Positions 38,138-46,859 of a DNA stretch of 64,000 bases are shown here, piece after piece. Numbering within the stretch: the first letter of the stretch is position 1; every line of letters begins with the position of its first letter. Below the pieces are notes generated by a model. It saw nothing but the letters and a program-made list of their open reading frames with translations, ran no database searches and had not been told where the DNA came from. The position numbers and the translations under genes are program-made. Source of the stretch: a virus; IMG/VR virus record IMGVR_UViG_3300036768_001490, positions 118,720 through 182,719 of that record; one strand, written 5' to 3'.

Positions 38138-39861
38138 GGCATGTCCCTGGCCAGCTGGCCCAGCTGCTCCAGATAGTCACCCGCCAGGACTGGACGGCGG
38201 TTGATGCGCAGGGCACAGCGCAGACGGTCCAGCAGCTCCCGGTCCTCGCGGATCAGGGCGCCGACGTCAGACCAGGGCATGGCGTCCTCCCGCTTCATGC
38301 CCAGCGACCTGGACCAGGCCAGGTTCTCCACCTCGGCCGTCTTCGGACATTCGAGGTGGAAGTCGATGTCCTTGAGGGCCTGACGGAAACGGGGGTTGGC
38401 CCGCTCCCCGTGCATGAGCGTGTACAGCAGGTGGACCGTGGACCAGTCCCAGTCCCAGGCGGTGCGCTGCTCCCACTCGCCATCTTCGTTCTTCTCGTCC
38501 CACCACAGCAGGCGGGTCTGGATGCGACGGTGGGTCGGACCAAAGCTGTTCTTCTCGCAGCTGATCTCCACGGGAAAGCCCTCGAAGTTGGCGCACGTGA
38601 TGACCTTCTTGTGCCCGCCAACCTTCTTCAGCTCCAACTCGAACGACTCCTGGAAATTGACCTGCTCGCCCCCCGCCTTGGAGCGCTCCACGTTGCCCGC
38701 ATCGTCCGTCTTGATGCGCAGATGGTTGACCAGCACCAGGCTGAACGGCCACTCGTCCAGCTCCCCCGGAATGGTCCGCATGTAGCGGGTAATCTTGAGA
38801 GCCTCGATGGGGAAGCCGCGAGAGGCAGCACCGTCCCCCGTCGTGCCTCGCTGACCCGTCCGCCGGTCCAGCTTGCCCAGGATCGCCTCCTGCGTCTCCT
38901 CGCTCGACTTGCCCATGATCGAGTCCACGCCGTACAGCACCGGGATGGTACGCCCGGGGCCGGGAGACTCCTTGCTCCCCTCCATCCCGGCCTTGGTGCT
39001 CTGGATACTGAAGCTGAGCTTCCGCTGCCAGTCCTCGACCGACTTGCAGCGGGCCAACGGCATCATGTCGAAAAACTCCTTACCCAGGATCGACCTGTAC
39101 CAGTTCGGATTGAACTTCGACTCGGCCTCGTTCAGGTACATGCCACCCCCGGCCAGGAAGAACCAGCGGCCGAACTCTGCCAGCAGGCCCGACTTGCCGA
39201 CGCCGTGGCGGGCCACCAGCTGGAACACCAGACCCAGCGGGAAGCCGTCCTGCGCCAGCACGAACTCCATCGGCAGACAGCCAGGATACCTGGCAGCAGC
39301 CTCGCCGTGGCCAGCGTACATGGGGATGCAGATGATGAGAGCGTCCGCCTCGCTGCCAACATAGACGCTCTTGTGGCCAAACTTCTTCCGTGCCAGCTCT
39401 GCCTGACCACGGAAGAAGGCGTCCAGGGCCTTGCCCCGGTTCCGCCCCTTCCAGTCCGCCAGGCGCGCCTCGTCCTTCCGGCTGAGCTTGCGCTGGTCCA
39501 GGGAAATGACCCGCCGCCGGACAACGTTTCCGCCTCCAGCGCCCTTCCCCGAGGATCTGCCAAGGTCGTCAGACCCAGGAGGAGCAGCCCACTTGCCCAG
39601 GTCCAGAAGGTCGTCGCCCAGCTGCTGGCCGGCAGGAGCAGAAGGCAGTGCCTTCCCTGACTCCTCCGCGCCAACATCCTGGCCGTTCAGCACCTTCCCA
39701 TCCGCGTCCGATCCCTTTCGGACCTTCCCCTTACTGCTGGCCCGCCGGCGTCCGCCCAAGACAGATGGTCTTCCGGTGGGGTCACGCTTCTTACCTGCCA
39801 TTGCCCTCACCCCCGTGGGGCCAAGCGGAGCAACAGTGTCGCTCCGCTCGGCCCAGGTCAA
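38134..39861 (-). CDS. recA: RecA/UvsX-like recombinase
   Basis: FPLG..FQL, ARHGVGKS, EAESKF, YGVDSI, LVLVNHLR, AGGEQVNF, EKNSFGP. Confidence 0.85.
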   Translation of the reverse strand: MTWAERSDTVAPLGPTGVRAMAGKKRDPTGRPSVLGGRRRASSKGKVRKGSDADGKVLNGQDVGAEESGKALPSAPAGQQLGDDLLDLGKWAAPPGSDDLGRSSGKGAGGGNVVRRRVISLDQRKLSRKDEARLADWKGRNRGKALDAFFRGQAELARKKFGHKSVYVGSEADALIICIPMYAGHGEAAARYPGCLPMEFVLAQDGFPLGLVFQLVARHGVGKSGLLAEFGRWFFLAGGGMYLNEAESKFNPNWYRSILGKEFFDMMPLARCKSVEDWQRKLSFSIQSTKAGMEGSKESPGPGRTIPVLYGVDSIMGKSSEETQEAILGKLDRRTGQRGTTGDGAASRGFPIEALKITRYMRTIPGELDEWPFSLVLVNHLRIKTDDAGNVERSKAGGEQVNFQESFELELKKVGGHKKVITCANFEGFPVEISCEKNSFGPTHRRIQTRLLWWDEKNEDGEWEQRTAWDWDWSTVHLLYTLMHGERANPRFRQALKDIDFHLECPKTAEVENLAWSRSLGMKREDAMPWSDVGALIREDRELLDRLRCALRINRRPVLAGDYLEQLGQLARDMP

Positions 39862-39867
39862 AAGATC

Positions 39868-41724
39868 CTACTTCTCCCTTCGCTTCGAAACCCCTCCAGC
39901 CGGCGGCCGCGGCGGAGCCTTCTCCGGCATGCTCCTTTTCGCCGACCTGGACGCAGCTTCCTCCACGGAAGGAGCGCCCGTCTTACCGAACTTCGGAGCA
40001 GGGTGCTTCTTCTTGCCCGCACCCTTGCTGGTGGACAGATCCTCGTCAGCATCCATGAAGTCGAGCAGGCCCTTCTTCGACCTGGAAGCGGCCGGTCTGC
40101 CCTCGTCCTCGTCCTCCTCGTCCTCGTCTTCTTCCTCCTCGTCTTCGTCCTCGTCTTCGTCTTCGTCCTTGTCTTCCTCCTCGTCCTCGTCTTCTTCCTC
40201 CTCGTCTTCGTCCTTGTCTTCCTCCTCGTCGTCTTCCTCCTCGTCCTTGTCTTCTTCTTCTTCTTCTTCTTCGTCCTCGTCCTCTTCCCTGTTTTCGGCC
40301 CCGTCCTCGTCCTCGTCTTCTTCCTCCTCTTCCTCGTCGTCATCTCTCAGCGAGGTGGCGCTGCCACGGCGGACGTTGGCCAGGGAGCCGCTGGCACGGC
40401 CGAACTCGTCCACCTCGTCCTCGTCCTCATCCTCATCATCCTTCACGACCGAACGGGAGCTGCTGCCGCGCAGGACCGGGTCTTTGCGGACAGGCAGGCG
40501 GCGCGAAGCGTCCCGCTCTTCCTCGTCGTCATCACCATCCTCGTCGTCGTCATCCTCACGATTCCCGGCGTAGCCCTTCTCCGGGACCACCATGACAACC
40601 CTCTGCTGGAAGATGCCACGGACCTCGTCCGTGAGCAACTCGTCGTGGTCGCCAAGCGCCCAGATGATGAGCTTGGGAACGGACCGGAACGCCTGGGCGA
40701 TCCACAGCATCTGCTGCTCCGGCGGACCAATATGGAGCAGCCCCGGCACGCGGTTGCCGTTGATGTCCTCGCCCGGGAACCAGAACTGAAGGTGGTCGAA
40801 CAGGAAGTCCACGTCCTCGCTGTCCAGATCTGGCTGGTAGACACGGCCGTCCAGCCGGAACTCCCGGTGGATCGCCGCCTCGTATCCCTGTGTCTCCGCG
40901 ATCTCGCCGCTCCAGGACGAATGGTGGCCAACGATCCGGGTCTTGTAAGGGTTGAAGATCTGGACGAAGCTCCCTCCCTTGACAACACGCTTCTTGGGCA
41001 AGAACGTGCCGACCGGGTCGCCGAAGACGAAGCCGCAGTTGACGTCCTCGGACTCGTCACCCTCGAACTCGTCCTTGCGCAGGTTGAACATGTCCATCAT
41101 GGCGTCACCAGCAGACTTCTTCAGCTGGATGACGCACAGGTCGTCCTTGCCCAGGCCGAACGGCTTGTCCCGCCGCTCCATGTAGTTCTTGTCCCCGTTG
41201 ACAAGAACGCATCCCTGTACGAAGCGGACAGCGGACGGCGGCGAGATGGAGGGGCCTTTCCCCTTGCCGCCCCGCATGAGCTTGTTCCACTCGCTGTCCC
41301 ACTTCCTGCCGTTACCGAACTTCCCCTGGTCATGCGCCTGCTTGCAGGCGTTGTAGATGATGTTCCAGGGGCTGGTTGCCCTGGCCGCCCGGTCCTGGGC
41401 CAGCCAGCAGATGAAGGTCTGCCGCGGGCAGTCCGGCATACCGATGCCGAGGGCGGCCCAGACCTTGACCACCCACTCGGTATAGGAGTCCTCCTCGGCC
41501 GACTTCCTCCCCGGCAACAGCATGTTCTCGGGGTCTTCATACGACCGCGCCGGGAACGGACGGAAGACCAGCGGACCCTCCTCCCACTTCGGCCGGATAA
41601 GGTTCACCGTGGTCAATCCATCGTTCAGCGTGTGGTCCCCGGCAGGGATGTAACTTTCCCTGCCGCCATCCCGCTTGCTGTCGTAGTCGGACGGCTTGCG
41701 GGGTGCCATTGGTTTGCGCGCCAT
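39868..41724 (-). CDS. Probable single-stranded DNA-binding protein with a very long acidic tail
   Basis: Adjacent to recA; aromatic-rich N-terminal domain; more than 100 mostly D/E residues then a basic tip; RBS GGAGG before MARKP. Confidence 0.55.
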   Translation of the reverse strand: MARKPMAPRKPSDYDSKRDGGRESYIPAGDHTLNDGLTTVNLIRPKWEEGPLVFRPFPARSYEDPENMLLPGRKSAEEDSYTEWVVKVWAALGIGMPDCPRQTFICWLAQDRAARATSPWNIIYNACKQAHDQGKFGNGRKWDSEWNKLMRGGKGKGPSISPPSAVRFVQGCVLVNGDKNYMERRDKPFGLGKDDLCVIQLKKSAGDAMMDMFNLRKDEFEGDESEDVNCGFVFGDPVGTFLPKKRVVKGGSFVQIFNPYKTRIVGHHSSWSGEIAETQGYEAAIHREFRLDGRVYQPDLDSEDVDFLFDHLQFWFPGEDINGNRVPGLLHIGPPEQQMLWIAQAFRSVPKLIIWALGDHDELLTDEVRGIFQQRVVMVVPEKGYAGNREDDDDEDGDDDEEERDASRRLPVRKDPVLRGSSSRSVVKDDEDEDEDEVDEFGRASGSLANVRRGSATSLRDDDEEEEEEDEDEDGAENREEDEDEEEEEEEDKDEEEDDEEEDKDEDEEEEDEDEEEDKDEDEDEDEDEEEEDEDEEDEDEGRPAASRSKKGLLDFMDADEDLSTSKGAGKKKHPAPKFGKTGAPSVEEAASRSAKRSMPEKAPPRPPAGGVSKRREK

Positions 41725-41755
41725 ACGTTCCTCCTTCCTCCATCGGACTCGGTCA

Positions 41756-42379
41756 TCAACGTACCTGAGTAAACGCCCCGCCATGCAGCAGGCGCAACAG
41801 CTTATGCAGGCGGGCATACAGTTCCAACCGCGACCCGTGGTTGGGAACCACCAGGTCGCAGTCCTCCGGACCGTACTCCACCGTATGGTCCACCGGCACG
41901 CGCGGGTTGTCGATCCAGAGCGTCAGGCCGACAACGCCGGAGCGCACCGCCTCGTCCAGTTCCAGCCGGCCCCGGATGCCGACCGCAATGTCGCCGGCGC
42001 CGAGGCACATGCGGACCAGAAGGTCGTACTCCTTGCCGCGGATAGCGTGGCAGGCGTTGATCCAGAAGGACCGGTGCTGGTGCCGCTCGGCCCAGGCACG
42101 CTCGACAGCCACCCCGGCCATGTGGGCCACCAGGGGCAGGGCCATCCAGGAAGCCGAGCGCGGGTACACCATCTCTGTGTGCCCGCACAGGAACTCGGCA
42201 GCGGTGTCCTTGCCGGCACGCCCCATGCCGCAAATCCCCAGCGGGATGATGCGCCGCTCCTGCCGCCAGCGGCAGCGTTCCACATACCGGGCAGCCAGCC
42301 CCTCCAGGTAGTCCCGGTGGGCAGCACGGGCCGCAGCCGCACGCCCCTCCAAGTCGTCCAGGGAGTAATTGGCCTCCAC
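41756..42379 (-). CDS. Deoxynucleoside monophosphate kinase-like protein
   Basis: LGICGMGRAGKDTAAEFL (P-loop typical of phage dNMP kinases), R..W, GIRG..E. Confidence 0.75.
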   Translation of the reverse strand: MEANYSLDDLEGRAAAARAAHRDYLEGLAARYVERCRWRQERRIIPLGICGMGRAGKDTAAEFLCGHTEMVYPRSASWMALPLVAHMAGVAVERAWAERHQHRSFWINACHAIRGKEYDLLVRMCLGAGDIAVGIRGRLELDEAVRSGVVGLTLWIDNPRVPVDHTVEYGPEDCDLVVPNHGSRLELYARLHKLLRLLHGGAFTQVR

Positions 42380-42402
42380 CTCTCTTCTACCTCCGCCAAC
42401 CT

Positions 42403-42416
42403 AAAATCCGTTTTTT
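42403..42416 (-). promoter_or_regulatory. Recurrent AT-rich motif AAAAAACGGATTTT
   Basis: Identical to 26935-26948; 23 nt upstream of the dNMP kinase start. Confidence 0.5.
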
Positions 42417-42486
42417 GAAGCCATGACCGACAGGTATCCTCCCCCATTTTATGCGCCAGCCGCGCCACGGCAGCCGGCAACGCCTC

Positions 42487-45400
42487 TCACTCCTCCTCCG
42501 TGGGAATGCCCAGGCGGGCATACTCGCCCGGAGGGATCTCTTCGCCCCAGTGGTTCTCCACGGAAAAACTCAGCCCCAGGTGGTAGGGACCGTCGCCCCG
42601 GGGCCTCCCGTCCAGGTACGTCGGCCAGATCTCGACCATGTCCACCATCGCCCAGTGAATCAGCTTCTTCGCGTAAGGGACCAGGGCGTAACGCGCCTCG
42701 ACCAGGCCGGCATCGTGCATTTGCAGCAGCAGGCGGATGTCGTTCTTCAGCCCCTGGCGCTCGATGGCATCCACCAGGAAGGCCAGGCCCCGGTCCACGG
42801 CGGAAGCGATCATGCCCTGCATGGGAAAGTTCATCGCCTGCCGCTCGATCTCTCCCACCATCTTGTCATCCACGGCGGTGGAGAAGCGGCGGTAGCGGCC
42901 GAAGCAGTGGCACAGCCAGCGCTCCTCCACCGCCCGGCGACGGACCTCGGCGTAGAAGGTGCTCAGCTCGGGGTACATGCGCTGCATGATGGTGTCAATG
43001 ACCATCTGGGCCTGCTCCGGCGTGGCCGGAATGCCCTGTTCCCGTGCCTGCAAGGCAATCGACTTGGCACCGCCGCCGTAGGCGATGCCGAAGATCACGC
43101 TCTTGGCCAGCTTGCGAAAATGGCCCTTGCCAGCCAACTCCAGGCCGAACTTCGACGGGTGGCAGTCCAGCTGGAATGCCATCTTGGCCACATGGCTGTG
43201 GATGTCGTAGTAGTCCGGGTGCGGGTAGCCACAGCGCGGGCACGAGCCAGGGTTGTCCGGGCAGCACCCCTTCGCCTTGCGGCCACGGACATCGTAGCCC
43301 CGTTCCGGATAGGTGTTGGCCCGGACGCAGTGCTCCTGCAACATCCGGGAGCCGGACATCAGGGCCATGCCATACAGCTCCGCCCCCTTGTAGTCGAACT
43401 CGATGAGGGCAAAGCCAGGCGAGGCACGGAGGACACTCCGCAGCTTGTGCCGGTAGTTCTCCTTTCCCAGCAAACGGGCATAGTCCGGGTCGCGCCCCTT
43501 GCTGATGTTCTGCAAGTTCGGCCGCCGAGACTTCCAGCGCCCCGTCTCCGCCGTGGCGTACAGGTGAGTGCGCACCCTGCCGTCGCTGTCCAGCGAGGCG
43601 GCCAGCCCGGAGTCGTATTCCAGGAAGCCGTCCTCGTCCTCTACCCAGTGGTCGTCCTCGTCCGTCCGCGGCGGACGCAGGACGCTCTTGAGCACCTGGT
43701 CCAGAAAACGGTAGTCCCGCAGCAGGTTGATCGGCTCGGCCAGATCCAGGTTCTCCTGGGCCAGGACGCCCAGGACCATCTTGCCCGTGGCCGGAGTGGC
43801 GTCCCGGTCCAGCCCGAGCTGCCGCAACGTCTTCCACTGCCGCGGCGGCTTGCTGGTGTCCAGCAACGGCTCGACGTACAGCGAGCGCGCTCCCGGCGGC
43901 CGCAGGCGCACGGGCCGGCCGTCCGCGTCCCGCTTGCCGTTCAGCCTCTCGCCGAACAGGAACTCGCGCACCTGGTAGGTGCTGCGGACGTTGAATTCGG
44001 GCCAGCGGGCCCACTCCTGCAACTTCTGCTCCTGCGCTGCCCTGGCCGTGAGAAAGTTCCGCGTCAGCAGGTCCACGCGCTGGCGGTCCACCAGGATGCC
44101 ATTCTGGTGGATGGTCAGGATGGCCTTCTGCGCCACCATCGACTCCCAGAACGGCTCCCAGACGCAGTGGCCCTCGTAGTCCCTGTCCAGCAGCGGCATC
44201 ATGGCCCGCGCGCTGCGCAAGGGGACGTCCGCGTCGTAGTTGGCATACGGTACGATGATCTCGTCCGGCAGCTCGCCGAACCCTTCCAGAGACTCGCGCG
44301 AGATGCCGCGCTCCTTGCAATACTCCCGCAAGGCGTCCTCCAGGGCGATGTCATAGCGCGGCGCCGTCGTGTAGCGCATGGCAAGCATCTCCAGCCCCAG
44401 CGGCGCCGTCTCCTCGATGGCGTGGTGCATGTAAGCCGTGTCCAGCCAGCCCTCGCCGTCACGCAGACGCTGCCAGGCGGTCCGGCCGTCCGGGGAAGCA
44501 TACAGAGGAACCGGACAGGAGCGGACCGGATCGAAGCCGTAATAGGTCAGCCACTCCAAGTCGCTGACGAAGAAGTGGCCGACCGCGCGCTTGCCGCGCA
44601 TGAACCGCTGCAGCAGGCGCAGGAGCCGCCGCACGGCGGGACGGCCCTTGCGGTCCAAAAAGGCGCAGCGTCCGTCCGACGTGGTGATGACGAAGCAGGC
44701 GCTCTTCTTCTCCGCCCAGCTGAGCTGCACGGTGCGCAGCCGGCTGCCCGGGTTCATGGGGTGCCGGCCATGCCACTCCGCGTCGATGCCGACCAGACGC
44801 TCCCGCGGCGGAAGTTTGGACAGGAAGGCATCCGCCTCGCGCGCCCACTCCTCCGCCTCCTCCAGACGATAGTAGGCGCGGTGGTCGATTCCGTGTTCCG
44901 CCCGCGTGAAGTCATGCCCCTGCAGCAGCAAGGAGAAACGGGACAGGTTGCTCTGGAGGATGCGGGACTTCTCCGGCGAGCGGCTGACCTCCGCCGGATG
45001 CAGCACGGCCATGACCTGGGCCGTGTGAAACTCCGGCGGCTCGTCCGCCGAGCGGTTGACGCGGAAGGTGTACGGCACCACCCGGCCAGCCATGTAGGAG
45101 ATGTTGAAGCGCTCCCCCAGCAGCCACTTGCTGGCGTCCGAGCCCAGGCACAGGATGTAGCGCGGACGCACCAGGCGCAGCTCCTGGGCCAGCAGCGGCA
45201 GACAGTCGCGGACCCAGCTGGCCCGCAGACTGGCGCCCGCGTCCTCGGGGGGCATGAACTTGCACAGGTTGGTGACATACCAGCGGTCGGCACCGCGGAC
45301 GCGCAGTTCCCGCAGGAGTCCCACCAGGACTTCACCCGAGGCGCCGACCAGGTTCCTTCCCTCGCGCGTCTCTTCCCGCCAGGGCATCTTGCCCAGGATC

Positions 45401-45753
45401 AGCACGTCCGCCGGCCGCGGTCCGTCCACCCGCGGCGCCTCGTAGGTCGGGTCCGCCAACGAACGCGCCCACTCCTCGGCGTGCTGCCCCCAGATGTGCC
45501 CCGGCACGAACGTCACCGGGGCCAGCCTCCCCTGCCGGACCTCCACGTCCAGGGTGAAGCCGACCTCGCGCAGCGCCCGCCGGTACAGCCCCTGCAAGAT
45601 AGCACCGGGAACGTAGGTGCCCTCCCGCTTCCCGTTCCTGTCCAGCACCGTGTCGTCGCCCAGGTCCATCGCCTGCCGCAGGAAGTCTGGCCCCGGCGGC
45701 GGCATCCCCGGCGCGTTCCACGGCCAGAGGTCCACAGTCCGGTCCTTCCCCAT
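42487..45753 (-). CDS. polA: Family A DNA polymerase with an N-terminal uracil-DNA-glycosylase-like domain (SPO1-type architecture)
   Basis: UDG-like YVTNLCKF..P, ILCLG..A, VLHPA; Exo GIDAEW and YANYDA; TGRWKSRRPNLQNI; motif A FDYKGAEL, motif B RKLAKSVIFGIAYG, motif C QMHD. Confidence 0.93.
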   Translation of the reverse strand: MGKDRTVDLWPWNAPGMPPPGPDFLRQAMDLGDDTVLDRNGKREGTYVPGAILQGLYRRALREVGFTLDVEVRQGRLAPVTFVPGHIWGQHAEEWARSLADPTYEAPRVDGPRPADVLILGKMPWREETREGRNLVGASGEVLVGLLRELRVRGADRWYVTNLCKFMPPEDAGASLRASWVRDCLPLLAQELRLVRPRYILCLGSDASKWLLGERFNISYMAGRVVPYTFRVNRSADEPPEFHTAQVMAVLHPAEVSRSPEKSRILQSNLSRFSLLLQGHDFTRAEHGIDHRAYYRLEEAEEWAREADAFLSKLPPRERLVGIDAEWHGRHPMNPGSRLRTVQLSWAEKKSACFVITTSDGRCAFLDRKGRPAVRRLLRLLQRFMRGKRAVGHFFVSDLEWLTYYGFDPVRSCPVPLYASPDGRTAWQRLRDGEGWLDTAYMHHAIEETAPLGLEMLAMRYTTAPRYDIALEDALREYCKERGISRESLEGFGELPDEIIVPYANYDADVPLRSARAMMPLLDRDYEGHCVWEPFWESMVAQKAILTIHQNGILVDRQRVDLLTRNFLTARAAQEQKLQEWARWPEFNVRSTYQVREFLFGERLNGKRDADGRPVRLRPPGARSLYVEPLLDTSKPPRQWKTLRQLGLDRDATPATGKMVLGVLAQENLDLAEPINLLRDYRFLDQVLKSVLRPPRTDEDDHWVEDEDGFLEYDSGLAASLDSDGRVRTHLYATAETGRWKSRRPNLQNISKGRDPDYARLLGKENYRHKLRSVLRASPGFALIEFDYKGAELYGMALMSGSRMLQEHCVRANTYPERGYDVRGRKAKGCCPDNPGSCPRCGYPHPDYYDIHSHVAKMAFQLDCHPSKFGLELAGKGHFRKLAKSVIFGIAYGGGAKSIALQAREQGIPATPEQAQMVIDTIMQRMYPELSTFYAEVRRRAVEERWLCHCFGRYRRFSTAVDDKMVGEIERQAMNFPMQGMIASAVDRGLAFLVDAIERQGLKNDIRLLLQMHDAGLVEARYALVPYAKKLIHWAMVDMVEIWPTYLDGRPRGDGPYHLGLSFSVENHWGEEIPPGEYARLGIPTEEE

Positions 45754-45779
45754 CTGTCTTCCCTCCGGTCCAGCGTTGC

Positions 45780-46859
45780 CTACGTCCGCTCCTTGCAGTA
45801 GCGCACACGCACGCCCTGTGCCGCTGCCTCGGCACGCACGTACTCCCGCAGGAACTCCCGCTCTAGGGAGCCCGGGTCGGTCCCTTCCGGCAACCGCACC
45901 GCGCAGAATCGCCCCGGCATCTCGTTGTCAAACCACTGCACCAGCTGCCGCGTGCTGCGGCTGTGGAACTCCTCCGGGTCCAGCAGCAGCACCAGGGAGC
46001 GCCGGCGGAACACGCGCAGCAGGCGGGAGCGCTGCACATCGGTCATCGTGTTGCCAAAGATGCAGCCCGCCATGCTGCCGAAACGCCAGACGTCCGTGGG
46101 CCCCTCGCACACGACGCCGGTATACCACTCCTTCATCCGGTCCCAGTTGTAGATGCAACGGGACCGGAACTGACTGTTGGGGCAGCTGAAATACTTGACC
46201 GGCAGGTCACGCTTCCGCGCCGGGTCTTTCCAGGGCAGCTCGCCCACGTAGCGCGCCTGCCAGCCCTTCAGCTCTTCCCCCTCGAAGACCGGGATGATGA
46301 GACGGTGCCGGGCCAGAAAGTAGGGACTGTCCGTGCAGTAGCACACCCGGAACCTGCGCGCGACCTCGTCCGGGTCGAAACCGCGGTCCGCCAGATAGGC
46401 ACGAGCGGGATGGCCGTCGTGCAGCTGGTCAAGGGGCAAGCACGCCCCCGGCCACTGGACCACGCGGGCCCCCTCTGGCAGCCGCAGGCCAGAACGCACG
46501 TCGGCACGGTCCAGAGGCGTGCCGGCGGACTCCAGCCTCTCGATGAAGTCCTGCCAGTTCTCCGGCCTGCCCAGGCAGCCCTCGTTGAAGCAGATGGCCA
46601 GAAAGCGCATGCGCCGGCCCCAGCCGTCCCTCTGACCAAACATGTGGTTGACGAACAGCCGCTGCCGGTTGTCGCCGCAGTAGGGGCAGTTGACCCGGTA
46701 ATACTCGCCATCCTGGACAAAGTGCAGGCGGGGCTCGTCCCCGTGGCCGCGCACAGGACGCGCCACCAGGGACTGCCCTTCGTTCGACACCTTGACGGGC
46801 CCGAAATGGCGCCGCAGCCGGTCGTACAGGAAAGGGTTCAGCGGATGGACGCTGCTCAT
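45780..46859 (-). CDS. DNA primase (zinc-binding + TOPRIM)
   Basis: CPYC..D...RL, YLADRG, RLIIP, WQAR, KY, VVCEGPTDVW, LLLDPE. Confidence 0.88.
   Translation of the reverse strand: MSSVHPLNPFLYDRLRRHFGPVKVSNEGQSLVARPVRGHGDEPRLHFVQDGEYYRVNCPYCGDNRQRLFVNHMFGQRDGWGRRMRFLAICFNEGCLGRPENWQDFIERLESAGTPLDRADVRSGLRLPEGARVVQWPGACLPLDQLHDGHPARAYLADRGFDPDEVARRFRVCYCTDSPYFLARHRLIIPVFEGEELKGWQARYVGELPWKDPARKRDLPVKYFSCPNSQFRSRCIYNWDRMKEWYTGVVCEGPTDVWRFGSMAGCIFGNTMTDVQRSRLLRVFRRRSLVLLLDPEEFHSRSTRQLVQWFDNEMPGRFCAVRLPEGTDPGSLEREFLREYVRAEAAAQGVRVRYCKERT

Noticed and set aside
42451-45801. 1116-aa plus-strand ORF and other long plus-strand ORFs (for example 52704-55034, 12487-13698, 40003-41772)
   Set aside because: Antisense shadows of well-supported minus-strand genes in GC-rich DNA; no motifs or RBS
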